Source: a virus
Lineage: Duplodnaviria; Heunggongvirae; Uroviricota; Caudoviricetes
IMG/VR virus record: IMGVR_UViG_3300012663_000706
Length of the DNA: 64,000 nucleotides
Direction: 5' to 3' (one strand)
Part shown: piece by piece, positions 48,423-58,243 of the stretch
Layout of the letters: every line of letters starts with the position of its first letter
How positions within the stretch are numbered: position 1 is the first letter of the stretch
Program-made: the position numbers and the translations under genes
Notes under the pieces: model-generated
Seen by the model: the letters and a program-made list of their open reading frames with translations, nothing else
Told to the model about the DNA's origin: nothing
Database searches by the model: none

Positions 48423-50048
48423 CTATCCTTCGCAACTTGAACATTCTAGAATGTTTCTAGCAAATGATTGAGCAGAACTTTGGCTAAATTGGTAGTACAA
48501 AGTTTTTACTCCTTCTTCGTGTGCATATAGATACAATGTATTAATATCTTTGGCCGAAACCGATGGGTGAATCATTAAATTTAATGACTGCGATTGGTCG
48601 ATATATTTCTGTCTCTGTGCCGCTTGTAGAATAAGTTCCTTTGGAGAGATTTCAATAAAAGATTTAAAAACTGCTTTAGTTGGAAAATCTAAATGTTGAA
48701 CTGATCCGTCCTTCTTTAAGATACTTTCCCATACTTCTGGAGTATTTAAACCATATTTCTCAAGTTCTGCCTCTAAATGTGCATTTTTGAAAATAGTTTT
48801 CGACTTGGCCAAATCTTTAATAAAGTAATTTGACTTAATCGGCTCAATACCCATACTAACTTGTCCATGGATAAATGAACTACTTTTCGTAGGAGCAATT
48901 GCAATTAATGTAGTATTTGCAAAACCTTCTCTAATTGATCGGTAACCTAACTCGTCGTGTAGATATTTTGAGGCTGTTTCACTTCTTTCTTTTAGGGTTC
49001 TAAAGATTTCTGCATTTAACATTTTTGCCTGTAGAGAATCAAATTCGATTAATTTAGATTGAAACAACGTGTGATAACCTAAAACGCCTAATCCTAATGC
49101 TCTGTGTTGTTCAGCAAATCGGTGTGCTCTTGACATACCAGGCATGTTATATGATTTCTTTACGAATTCATCCATTACCGCATTCAAGAACATTGTATAA
49201 ACTTCGATTGCATCGGTATTTTTAAGTTCTTCCCAGTGTAAAAGATTAATAGATCCTAAACAACAAACAAAAGAATTAAAACTGTCCGTAGGTAATTGAA
49301 TCTCAGAGCATAGATTACTAGCTGTGATTTCTAAACCTAATTCTTTGTATGGTGAATTGTTATTGGTATTATCTTTAAACATAATATATGGAAAACCAAA
49401 TTCATTACGTCTTTGAATAACTTTAGCCCAGATTTTGCGTTTGTCTGGATCTCCAGCTTTCATTTCTTCGATCCACTTGTCAGTTACAGTAACTCCATAT
49501 TGTAAATTTTGAATTGGATTTCCTTCAGTTCCAATATCCAAGAATTCTAAAATATCACTATGTTCTACTGGTAACCATGCAGCGCATGCTCCTCTTCTCG
49601 CTTCAGATTGTTTGCAAACATCGACTGTAGTATCATACATTCTAGCATAGTGAACTGGTCCATCTGCTGTTCCGCCTGTCGAAATCTTTGCTCCTCTTTC
49701 TCTAATATTTCCTAAATAAATGCTGGTTCCTCCACCATATTTAGACATCATTCCTATTTCTCTGCTTGCATTTAAAATACTATCTAATGTATCATCAACA
49801 TTGCTTCCGTAGCAGCTGATCGGTAAACCTTTGTCTTTTCCAAAGTTAATCCATACTGGAGTTGAAAGGCTATAAAATCCGCGAGACATATAGTCTTCAA
49901 ACTTTTTAGCAAATCCTTCAATCTTTAAATACTTTTCGGCTTTATTTGCAATATCTTTAATTCTTTGTTCCGGTGATTCTGTAATATAACCTCTTGATAA
50001 AAAGGTCCTACTATTCTCATTCAGCCAATAGTATCTATTGTATTCCAT
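48423..50048 (-). CDS. nrdA: class I ribonucleotide reductase alpha subunit (compact, 541 aa)
   Basis: Active-site NLCSEIQLP (the NxCxE thiyl-radical loop) and a C-terminal redox Cys pair, CSSCEG. Adjacent to an nrdB-like gene. Confidence 0.7.
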   Translation of the reverse strand: MEYNRYYWLNENSRTFLSRGYITESPEQRIKDIANKAEKYLKIEGFAKKFEDYMSRGFYSLSTPVWINFGKDKGLPISCYGSNVDDTLDSILNASREIGMMSKYGGGTSIYLGNIRERGAKISTGGTADGPVHYARMYDTTVDVCKQSEARRGACAAWLPVEHSDILEFLDIGTEGNPIQNLQYGVTVTDKWIEEMKAGDPDKRKIWAKVIQRRNEFGFPYIMFKDNTNNNSPYKELGLEITASNLCSEIQLPTDSFNSFVCCLGSINLLHWEELKNTDAIEVYTMFLNAVMDEFVKKSYNMPGMSRAHRFAEQHRALGLGVLGYHTLFQSKLIEFDSLQAKMLNAEIFRTLKERSETASKYLHDELGYRSIREGFANTTLIAIAPTKSSSFIHGQVSMGIEPIKSNYFIKDLAKSKTIFKNAHLEAELEKYGLNTPEVWESILKKDGSVQHLDFPTKAVFKSFIEISPKELILQAAQRQKYIDQSQSLNLMIHPSVSAKDINTLYLYAHEEGVKTLYYQFSQSSAQSFARNILECSSCEG

Positions 50049-50073
50049 TCCTTATTTAATTGTTTTTTAAGTT

Positions 50074-51054
50074 TTAAAATAAATCATCTTCTGTGATGCT
50101 TTGGCTCTTCTTATTATAATCAATTTGCTTCTTATAAAAGAAATCGCCTTCTTTTGTTGAAAGAATTTCAACGTCAAACCATAATGTCTTTTCGATTTCT
50201 GAGAAATCTACTTCAAAGACCGGTTTCATTCCAATTCTAGCTAGAGAATTGTTAAATCTGTTTTGGATAAAACTCTTAATAGTATCTTTTGTTAAGAAAC
50301 TTAGTTCTCCTTTTTCAAAGATCCAGTCTAAGATTTTACATTCAGCAATATAAGCTTTTTTACAAGCTGAATCGATTAATTGTTCGAATTCTTCGTCGAA
50401 CCATTCTGGATTTTCTTCTTTGATAATATTAATAAGTTCAGAACCGAAATTACCATGAATTTCTTCCTCTTTTGAAGTAGCTTCAACGACATTTGAAATT
50501 CCTTTGAAAAGATTTTTCTCTTTATTAAAAGACATCATAATCAAAAATTGGCTAAAAAGGCTGACATGTTCGATGAATAGAGAGAATAAAAGCACCGATT
50601 TGGTATACATTTTATTGTCTTTACTTCTTGTACCGTCTAGATATTTAGTCAAATATGCTATTCTGTCTTTAATTGCTGGAATTTCCACGACATGCATGAA
50701 TTCCTCTTCTAATCCTAAAATTCTTAAAAGTCTTGCGTATGCATCTTTGTGTCTTACTTCAGATTCTGCAAATGTCATTCCAACATCTCCAATCTCTGTG
50801 ATTGGCATTCTTTTGTAAAGATCTGCCCAAAATGTTTTTACATTTACTTCGATTTGTGCTATTGCAAGCATAGACCTTTTAATAACTTCTCTCTCATCGT
50901 CCGATATTTTAGTTTTAAAATCATCAATGTCTGTTGTGAAATTAAACTCGGTGTCGATCCAGTATGAATGACGTATTGCATCCTTGTATGCCAGAAGGGA
51001 AGGATATTCATAGGGAAGAATATTAACCCTTGGCATAAATATGTTATTGTTCAT
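50074..51054 (-). CDS. nrdB: ribonucleotide reductase beta subunit (ferritin-like diiron, 326 aa)
   Basis: ExxH pairs (ESEVRH and EEEIHGNF) and an acidic C-terminal tail for alpha binding. Confidence 0.7.
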   Translation of the reverse strand: MNNNIFMPRVNILPYEYPSLLAYKDAIRHSYWIDTEFNFTTDIDDFKTKISDDEREVIKRSMLAIAQIEVNVKTFWADLYKRMPITEIGDVGMTFAESEVRHKDAYARLLRILGLEEEFMHVVEIPAIKDRIAYLTKYLDGTRSKDNKMYTKSVLLFSLFIEHVSLFSQFLIMMSFNKEKNLFKGISNVVEATSKEEEIHGNFGSELINIIKEENPEWFDEEFEQLIDSACKKAYIAECKILDWIFEKGELSFLTKDTIKSFIQNRFNNSLARIGMKPVFEVDFSEIEKTLWFDVEILSTKEGDFFYKKQIDYNKKSQSITEDDLF

Positions 51055-51104
51055 AATATTTTAGTTTGAATTTTGTTAGAGGTATTATATATTTCTTTAA
51101 CAGT

Positions 51105-52514
51105 CTAGACGCTCTTAGATTCTGCAAGTTTTTTATAATATTCTGACTTTTCGAATAGCTGGTAAGAAGTTGACTTATACTGCTTTCGTTTGTTATATAA
51201 GTCTGTAAGAATTTGTTTTAACATCGAGTCTTCTTTGTTATAAACAACTCCATTCTCGCAAACAATTACATTTTTATCTTTTCTGCGTTCTTCAATTTTT
51301 GCAGCTGGTACCTTTTCGATATATGAATCCGGTGAGATATTAAACTGACGCATGATTGAAGGATATAGGGATGCAAAGTCAAATGCACTTACTCCAGCAT
51401 AGAAACCAACTTTAGGTTCTTTAACAAATGCTCCTGCAAATTGTGTATCTTTTACACCATCATCTCTTTGCTCTGTTCCGATTCTTAATCCATCTTCTGC
51501 CATTTTTCTGGCAATTAAGGCTTCAGTTACAGCAACCGGAGATGCTGCTTTATAAATTGGCATTCTAGTAATGTTTGCCAATGTTAAAAGAACTTCCATT
51601 GATTTTAATTTCTGGTCAATAAAATAAACCAGCACTGAATCGACTACGTTATAATAAACATACTTTTTAAAATCATCACGATACAGGTCTTGTAAACCAC
51701 CGTTGTATTTGATTTTTCCAATACCAAGAACTTGGCCAGAAACATAATCAAGCGAATTAGATTCTTTTACTTTTACAGATTTATCATATTTGTCATACAA
51801 TTGCATGTAATCTAGAATACCCATGTGAAGTGGTCTAGAATCTGTTGGGTCGAGTGCTTTCGTGATTGCCGATTCAGCGATATCGATTTGTAAATGTTTA
51901 CAACGATTAACGATATATTGCCAGTCATAGTTAATAAAGTTCCAACCTGACATCATTGGGAATTTAGGCATAAATTTATACAAGAACGTATAAACCATGT
52001 CATATTCTGTTTTAAACTTTATGTATTGAAAAGTCCAGTTAACTCCAAATTGTTTAAAATAATCATTAGTATCTTTTTCAATTTGGGAAATTTGATCAGC
52101 ATCAAGGTCTTCTAAACCTAATACGATTGTCTTTCCGTTTGGCGTAATAATAGAGAATGTTAGAATACGAGATTTTGCTTCTTCTGCTCTTGGAAAACCA
52201 TCAACAATTTCTGTTTCAATATCGACAAAATAAGTCTTTGGCATATTGTATGCATAAATCTCTTCTTTGTCCTTTTCAGGGAGACTATCCATAAAATATA
52301 CCAAAGAGAATTTATTGAACTGACGAGAGTTTTGTAATTTAACCGATCTTCCATCCCAATTTTTAACTTTGGTACTTGAATCTCTTTCTTTGGCATCACA
52401 AACTGCCCAATTTTGGTATTGTGGAATTGGGTATCTTTTAAATGCTACTTCTCCTGCTGGATTGTAGTATGAAACCATTATTTCCTTATCTCGTTGTTCT
52501 ATATCTAATAGCAT
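51105..52514 (-). CDS. family-B DNA polymerase, N-terminal fragment (3'-5' exonuclease plus motif A; 469 aa)
   Basis: Exo I FVDIETE, Exo II NYDWQY, Exo III YYNVVD and motif A DFASLYPSIMRQFNISPDSY, which nearly matches T4 gp43 DLTSLYPSIIRQVNISPETI. Confidence 0.8.
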   Translation of the reverse strand: MLLDIEQRDKEIMVSYYNPAGEVAFKRYPIPQYQNWAVCDAKERDSSTKVKNWDGRSVKLQNSRQFNKFSLVYFMDSLPEKDKEEIYAYNMPKTYFVDIETEIVDGFPRAEEAKSRILTFSIITPNGKTIVLGLEDLDADQISQIEKDTNDYFKQFGVNWTFQYIKFKTEYDMVYTFLYKFMPKFPMMSGWNFINYDWQYIVNRCKHLQIDIAESAITKALDPTDSRPLHMGILDYMQLYDKYDKSVKVKESNSLDYVSGQVLGIGKIKYNGGLQDLYRDDFKKYVYYNVVDSVLVYFIDQKLKSMEVLLTLANITRMPIYKAASPVAVTEALIARKMAEDGLRIGTEQRDDGVKDTQFAGAFVKEPKVGFYAGVSAFDFASLYPSIMRQFNISPDSYIEKVPAAKIEERRKDKNVIVCENGVVYNKEDSMLKQILTDLYNKRKQYKSTSYQLFEKSEYYKKLAESKSV

Positions 52515-52534
52515 TTAGTTTGTATTTATAGGTA

Positions 52535-53002
52535 TTAATATCCTCTAGCTTGTCTTTGTTTATTTTCTTCTGCTTTTGCAAAATAATAATTGTAAGCTGT
52601 TTTTGCATCTAATCCAATTGATGATGCATAGTTAATAAAGAAGTGTAGAATGTCTACCCATTCCATATACAATTCTTTCTTATCATTTTCAGATAGGTCA
52701 GAGATTTTCATGTTCTCATATTTCTTATGAGCAGTTTTCCAGTATTTCCATACTGCATTTCCATCTCCATCTTTAATACCACCAAGAGCATCAGTCATTT
52801 CGTGAATTTCATCAACTACGGCATGAGTGTTAACATGCCAAAAGTTCATAATATCACGGATAGACATATTATCAAAATTAAACCCGTAAGTTTGCTCTTG
52901 CATAATTTTTTGATTCTCCATAATGTCAGCTAAATGTGTAGTTGACTTGTCATAGAAGTTAACAACTTCTAAATCTTTGCATTCGTTGTCTATGTTTGCC
53001 AT
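52535..53002 (-). CDS. MazG-like NTP pyrophosphohydrolase family protein (155 aa; tentative)
   Basis: All-alpha protein with paired acidic motifs (VVDEIHEMTD and MEWVDILHF), as in the MazG/dimeric dUTPase fold. Adjacent to the polymerase. Confidence 0.35.
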   Translation of the reverse strand: MANIDNECKDLEVVNFYDKSTTHLADIMENQKIMQEQTYGFNFDNMSIRDIMNFWHVNTHAVVDEIHEMTDALGGIKDGDGNAVWKYWKTAHKKYENMKISDLSENDKKELYMEWVDILHFFINYASSIGLDAKTAYNYYFAKAEENKQRQARGY

Positions 53003-53003
53003 A

Positions 53004-53429
53004 TTATTTATTGTTTTTTACAAATTTCTTATAATCTTCGATATAATTTCTGATACGATCAGAACCGACTGGATTCATTGAGTGTACATAAAAATTAGGT
53101 ACCTCGATATTGTTATCTTGACAGAATTCTACTAAGAATTTAGCACAATCTAAACCTGTTTTTTCTTCAAATTCAGTTGGATAATCATCAGCATCTCCGC
53201 AAGTTGGGCTGTAATGTTCATCTGCTAAATCATGGTCAAATGATACTGTTGCAGGAATTCCGTTTGTTTTAATCCATTCAACAAACTCATCATAGTTTAC
53301 TACTATGTCCCAGTCTAGTTGAGTGTAGATTGCGGCACTAGTTCCAATTCGGTGAGGCATGTAACCCATGCAGTCGTGTGGAATTCTAAAATCGTCTAAG
53401 AATAAATTTTTATTGTTTGTTCTTTTCAT
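53004..53429 (-). CDS. hypothetical protein (141 aa)
   Basis: ORF with an LFLDDFR...FDHDL pattern. Unassigned. Confidence 0.4.
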   Translation of the reverse strand: MKRTNNKNLFLDDFRIPHDCMGYMPHRIGTSAAIYTQLDWDIVVNYDEFVEWIKTNGIPATVSFDHDLADEHYSPTCGDADDYPTEFEEKTGLDCAKFLVEFCQDNNIEVPNFYVHSMNPVGSDRIRNYIEDYKKFVKNNK

Positions 53430-53452
53430 AATATCTGTATTAGATTATTATA

Positions 53453-54493
53453 TTAGAAAAGAGCATTTTGTTCAAAATTATTATTAAAGAAATATTCCAT
53501 TAGAGAATTATCAGCTCTTGCAACTTTTCTTCGATTAATTAGATGTGGGTTACTTCTTAGTCGGTAATAAACTCCGTACTGACAAAGTCCTACTTCGCAG
53601 CCGTATGTTTTTAAATCGTCTTGCTCGTCTTGAAAAATCTTCTTGCCATTTACTTCAACATTATGCGTTGATTCATGTAGAGGAATATCTCCAATTAGGT
53701 CTTTGTAGTTCTCTCTAAACCAAATTACTCGATCACCGTATGGAATTGTGCAATCTTCACCAAACATTAAGTCTAATGTAAATCTAGCTCCTGGTCCTGG
53801 TACACAGAATCTTTCGTCATGATTAACATTAATTCTTGGATTTACCGAATTGGACGTTGAGCAGTGATACCCGTAGTACTGTCCTACACCTTCTAGCGAG
53901 GACATAATTTCATACATCTCGCTTAAAGAATTAACCTGGGCCATCCTTCCAGTGATTCCTCTAGGTATAAATGACGCTACCCATAATAAAATATTAATTT
54001 TATGAGCATCTCGTTCCTGGTTTCTGGTTTGGGCAACATAAGTATTGGCTGCGCCGAATAAACTTGTACGTAATTCTGTACTTCCGTAGATCGGCAAACC
54101 TAAAGAAACTGCGTCTTCTAAATTCTTACGAATTTTATTTTCATATTCTCTATCAACTAAAAGTCTTTCGAAATCAACTAAAGCTGTTTTAGGATTTGGA
54201 TCTCTTGTTAGGATTTGGTGAATTCCACGAGCTCCGTAAAAGTGAGAAATAATCGTATTGCAGATAATATTGTCCATTGAGATTGGAGCATATACAATAT
54301 TCTCCATGATATATCTCATACGGTCATCTAGAGTAATTTGTGGGTGGAAGTATTCTACTGTTTCTCCTAACGCATCGTCTCCGTCGCTACTATAAGTATC
54401 TAGAACACCCATATTGTAGAGAGCTCTTTCATTAACTTTGTTAAAGAATCTACCGATATCTTTAACCACTTCCATATTTACTCTATCTCTCAT
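53453..54493 (-). CDS. hypothetical protein (346 aa)
   Basis: ORF only. Confidence 0.4.
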   Translation of the reverse strand: MRDRVNMEVVKDIGRFFNKVNERALYNMGVLDTYSSDGDDALGETVEYFHPQITLDDRMRYIMENIVYAPISMDNIICNTIISHFYGARGIHQILTRDPNPKTALVDFERLLVDREYENKIRKNLEDAVSLGLPIYGSTELRTSLFGAANTYVAQTRNQERDAHKINILLWVASFIPRGITGRMAQVNSLSEMYEIMSSLEGVGQYYGYHCSTSNSVNPRINVNHDERFCVPGPGARFTLDLMFGEDCTIPYGDRVIWFRENYKDLIGDIPLHESTHNVEVNGKKIFQDEQDDLKTYGCEVGLCQYGVYYRLRSNPHLINRRKVARADNSLMEYFFNNNFEQNALF

Positions 54494-54502
54494 TTTTAAT
54501 TT

Positions 54503-55171
54503 TTATTTTGTGAACCAACAATCGTAACCTGCTACGCTTTGAAATACTATTAATTCTTTAATGTGCTGCTTTGGGTATAACGCTGTTAATCTTTCTAATG
54601 TAGGTTGCGCATATTGTTTAACTTTACCCATGTGCAATTCTACGAATAGAGCTTCTGGTTGGTATGCTTCTACAAATTCTATAATTTGATATTCAGCACC
54701 TTCAATATCGATTTTAATAATATCTGGTTGATATTTCTTTAAAAGCTCGCTAATATGAATGTTAATAACTTCATCGTAGTCGGTAAATTTGCTACGTTTC
54801 ATAATAGAAACTGAACAATGCGCTTGTTGGCTATTACCCTTATAGATTCTAATAGAAGGTGCTGTACTATCCGATACTGCAGCATGAATTATGTTTGCTT
54901 TAGGTTCGTCTGCAAAACTTTCTGCCATTTTTTCATAATTGCGAATATCGCATTCTACAGTATAAACTGCTTTAGCTCCTCCGTCAATTGCTACTTTAGT
55001 AAAACCTCCAACATTTCCACCTAGATCTAAACAAACTTTATCAGTAAAGTCTATTTCTGGAGTCATGTAATTAGTAATACAATCAACAATCATGTTTTTG
55101 TCAACTGATTCTGTCGCATTTAAATACTTAATGTATTTTCTTTTTAATTCTCTTTGTACTGGTGTCAGCAT
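54503..55171 (-). CDS. SAM-dependent methyltransferase (FkbM-like, 222 aa)
   Basis: Rossmann motif I VCLDLGGNVGGFT, followed by acidic motif II. Confidence 0.6.
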   Translation of the reverse strand: MLTPVQRELKRKYIKYLNATESVDKNMIVDCITNYMTPEIDFTDKVCLDLGGNVGGFTKVAIDGGAKAVYTVECDIRNYEKMAESFADEPKANIIHAAVSDSTAPSIRIYKGNSQQAHCSVSIMKRSKFTDYDEVINIHISELLKKYQPDIIKIDIEGAEYQIIEFVEAYQPEALFVELHMGKVKQYAQPTLERLTALYPKQHIKELIVFQSVAGYDCWFTK

Positions 55172-55177
55172 AATCTG

Positions 55178-55588
55178 TTATTTTTCTACTAAGTTTGATA
55201 CTATATGAACTATATCTAGTTCTGGATGTGCTTGTTTGATTACTGCCATTTGAACCTCATCATCTTCAAAAAATCTAACAACTTCAACTCCATCTTTTTT
55301 CAGATCAGAAATTGTTTTGGCTTTATGTTTTCCGGAAAAGATTCTAGCTTCTACGGTATGGTCTCCTCTTTCTGCTAATGTCATTTGATTAAAATAAACA
55401 TTAGTGGCAATATTAAGTTCTGCTAGTTTTTCAAAAACATAAGGTGCCTCTTCTTGGCATCTTCCTGTTATGATAACATCATCACTGAATCTTGGTCTAA
55501 TACCAAGGGAAACTACTCCATCAAAATCGTATGCGTATATTTTATGTGTCATTGGTTTAAATTTTAACCATTTCCTGAATATTGACAT
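55178..55588 (-). CDS. HAD-superfamily phosphatase (minimal, 136 aa)
   Basis: Motifs in order: I YAYDFDGVV (DxDG), II VIITGR, III Lys (GKHKAK), IV FFEDDE. Confidence 0.55.
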   Translation of the reverse strand: MSIFRKWLKFKPMTHKIYAYDFDGVVSLGIRPRFSDDVIITGRCQEEAPYVFEKLAELNIATNVYFNQMTLAERGDHTVEARIFSGKHKAKTISDLKKDGVEVVRFFEDDEVQMAVIKQAHPELDIVHIVSNLVEK

Positions 55589-55597
55589 GGCTGTAAA

Positions 55598-55635
55598 TTA
55601 AAAAGATGGAGAATCGCTTCTCCATCTTAGTTTTT
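55598..55635 (-). terminator. rho-independent terminator after the MIPS gene
   Basis: AGATGGAGAA-tcgc-TTCTCCATCT (10-bp stem) flanked by A and T runs. Confidence 0.7.
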
Positions 55636-55638
55636 GAA

Positions 55639-56820
55639 TTAAGCTCCTTTAACCTGTTTAGCAGTAACCGTTGTTAGTTTGCGGTGAGCTAATGCTTCGC
55701 ATTCTTGAACAGCGTCTGTAAACATCATTTGTTGAGGAGGTGTTTTTTGTGTGAAAGCAGAAGGACCTCTTAAGGCTCCAACTATTCCCATTTCTCTTGC
55801 AACTCTTAAGTAACGAAGGGCATCGATTACAACTCCTGCGGAGTTTGGAGAATCTTGTACTGAAAGTTGAGCATCAAAGATTACTGGTGCTCCACCAAAT
55901 CCTTCAAGTTCTAAACGGAAGTTAGCAACTTTATTATCTCCATAATATGAGATATACTCAGAAGGACCAGCATGAAGGAATGAACCTTCGGTTGCAATTC
56001 CACGTATTTCGTTTTGAGCACGAATTACGTTTTCTTTAGAAATCTTTTTAGATTTCAAACGAGTTTTGTCTTCCATATTCAAGAAGTCAGTGTTACCACC
56101 AACATTACGTTGAATGTGTGCTTTTACAACATGTCCTCTTTCGAATGCAAGTTCTTGTAACATTTGAGACAAGATAGATGCACCAAATTGAGAACGCATA
56201 TCGTCACCAATTAATGGAATACCTGCGTCGATAAAACGTTTCTCCCATGCTGGATCAGATGCGATAAATACTGGAATACAGTTTACTAAAGAGATTCCAG
56301 TTTCTAGACAGATTTCAGCCCAAAATTCTGTAGCGTTTTGAGAACCTACTGGTAAGTAGTTAATCAATACTTCTACTTCATGTTCTTTTAATTGAGCAAT
56401 AACTCTGTCTTTCCAAAGACGAGACTTTTTATCAGTCCAGTCTGTGCGATTCATTTCTGATGAATTTCTCAATTCTTCAGAAACTAAGAAACGATTTGCT
56501 TCTGGATATGCATCCATTAACAATGCGTAACCATCAATTACTGGAGCTTCATAAACTGGAGCTTCTGATGTAATTGTTTCAACAATGTTCCATGCTGAAT
56601 TTGGTTTTTGCTTCAAAGCAACTCCTAGAGGTTGATTAACTTTACGTTCATCGATATCAAATGCGCAGACAAATTCAATGTCTTTTGCAGTGTAACCACC
56701 GATGTCGCTTCTCATCATACCGTCGATGTTTGCTTGGTTTTCAGTGTAGAATTGTACTCCTTCTACTAGAGACTTGGCGCAGTTTCCTGTTCCAATGATT
56801 GCAACTTTGATTTTACTCAT
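55639..56820 (-). CDS. myo-inositol-3-phosphate synthase (MIPS) family protein (393 aa)
   Basis: The N-terminal VAIIGTGNCAKSLVEGVQFY matches the NAD-binding start of bacterial Ino1 (VAIVGVGNCASSLVQGVEYY). The length is typical. Confidence 0.6.
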   Translation of the reverse strand: MSKIKVAIIGTGNCAKSLVEGVQFYTENQANIDGMMRSDIGGYTAKDIEFVCAFDIDERKVNQPLGVALKQKPNSAWNIVETITSEAPVYEAPVIDGYALLMDAYPEANRFLVSEELRNSSEMNRTDWTDKKSRLWKDRVIAQLKEHEVEVLINYLPVGSQNATEFWAEICLETGISLVNCIPVFIASDPAWEKRFIDAGIPLIGDDMRSQFGASILSQMLQELAFERGHVVKAHIQRNVGGNTDFLNMEDKTRLKSKKISKENVIRAQNEIRGIATEGSFLHAGPSEYISYYGDNKVANFRLELEGFGGAPVIFDAQLSVQDSPNSAGVVIDALRYLRVAREMGIVGALRGPSAFTQKTPPQQMMFTDAVQECEALAHRKLTTVTAKQVKGA

Positions 56821-56866
56821 GGTTTTCGTAATTTGTTTAAGTTATACGTGATTTTTATTAAATGTT

Positions 56867-57922
56867 TCAAAATAGGCTTACTACTTTTGGTTTAGGTGTT
56901 GGTTTTTTCTTCTTCTCTCCAGTTTCAAAATCATATTGATAATATTCTCTAGAAAGGTGAACTGAACCAGGCTTTTCCATATAAGTGTCGGCATAGTCTT
57001 TAGGACTTATATTGTACCATTCAATAGGCCATTCGATTAATTCGAACCCGGCCTCACTTAGATATATACTCAGCTTTTTGTTGAAAATTCGACAGATTTC
57101 CAATCTTTTTTCTAATGAACCATAAAATGGAGTTTTCTTATAGAATCCAGTTTGTGGAATTCTTCTCTCTTCATGCTCGATTGGAAGTAATTGCATAACA
57201 CTAATCTTTTCGATGTTTAATGTTTTTAACTGGTCAACATAGTTTTTAACTAGTTCTTCAGTTGCTTTTACTGGATCGGCTTGGCGGCATAAATGATGTC
57301 TAATATCGATATTGCCAAAATAAGTTACTAAATGTTTGGTGCCTTGTGGTACATATGTACCGATACCCTCTTTAAGGATTCCAAATAATGTTTTACCATC
57401 ATTTCTGGAAATATCGGCTCCGGGAATATAAGCAGATACTGAATGGCTATCACCTAGTACAAAGGTACCGTTGTTAAGGGTTAAATCAATAGTTTCTACT
57501 GACTTTGCTCTTGATGACAGGAGTTCAACGTCTAAAGCTTTCCAGTTGTCTGTACATGATGACATTCTACTTTGTGCAAAAACACCAACGTCTGGCATTT
57601 GTCTATTAAGACAATATACTTCTCCTTTAAAATCAATAAATCTTTGAATTCTTGCGGCTGGTTCATCTCCTGCACCGCCAAAAAGATTGTAACTACCTTG
57701 GAATTCCATCGGTAAGGCTACCATCCAAACGTCAAAATCATGAATGTTTCCGTCTTTTGTTAAGACAGTAACATCTAATCCTAGGCTTTTTAGTTGGGAC
57801 ATTAATAAATATGTCCATGCTGATTTGTGAGATTCTGGTCTAGAGCTGTAAGTTGTTACAACATCATCAATTGCAATTTTCTTGCCGACCAAACTATCCT
57901 TTACATCATAGATACTAATCAT
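56867..57922 (-). CDS. hypothetical two-domain protein, C-terminal SGNH/GDSL-hydrolase-like (351 aa)
   Basis: FVLGDSHS (GDS block I), a Gly block and GNID..HH. The call is weak. Confidence 0.3.
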   Translation of the reverse strand: MISIYDVKDSLVGKKIAIDDVVTTYSSRPESHKSAWTYLLMSQLKSLGLDVTVLTKDGNIHDFDVWMVALPMEFQGSYNLFGGAGDEPAARIQRFIDFKGEVYCLNRQMPDVGVFAQSRMSSCTDNWKALDVELLSSRAKSVETIDLTLNNGTFVLGDSHSVSAYIPGADISRNDGKTLFGILKEGIGTYVPQGTKHLVTYFGNIDIRHHLCRQADPVKATEELVKNYVDQLKTLNIEKISVMQLLPIEHEERRIPQTGFYKKTPFYGSLEKRLEICRIFNKKLSIYLSEAGFELIEWPIEWYNISPKDYADTYMEKPGSVHLSREYYQYDFETGEKKKKPTPKPKVVSLF

Positions 57923-58193
57923 TTGCTTTTGTTTTATCGTTGATGTAGTTCTCTAATCCTTGGATATAGGCAACTGCATCTAACAAATTATCTTGCTTGT
58001 GATTGTAACTTTCTCTAGAGAATTTTAAAGCAACTAAGGCTTTAAACATGTGTTCTCCAGTTACTGGGAATCCGGTCATGCCTTGAAAAATTAAGGCTGC
58101 ACGATCCATACCTTCTGAAAAAGGACCATAGTTGCGGTCTGCTTCTTCTGATCTGTGATTGACGATTTTGTCTGCTTCTTCTAAAATACTCAT
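57915..58193 (-). CDS. hypothetical protein (92 aa)
   Basis: First gene of the MIPS operon. A late-type TATATAA motif lies about 27 nt upstream. Confidence 0.4.
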   Translation of the reverse strand: MSILEEADKIVNHRSEEADRNYGPFSEGMDRAALIFQGMTGFPVTGEHMFKALVALKFSRESYNHKQDNLLDAVAYIQGLENYINDKTKAND

Positions 58194-58243
58194 TTCTCGA
58201 TATGTTTAGTAATTATATACGTTAGTTCAAAAAAGTTTCGAAA

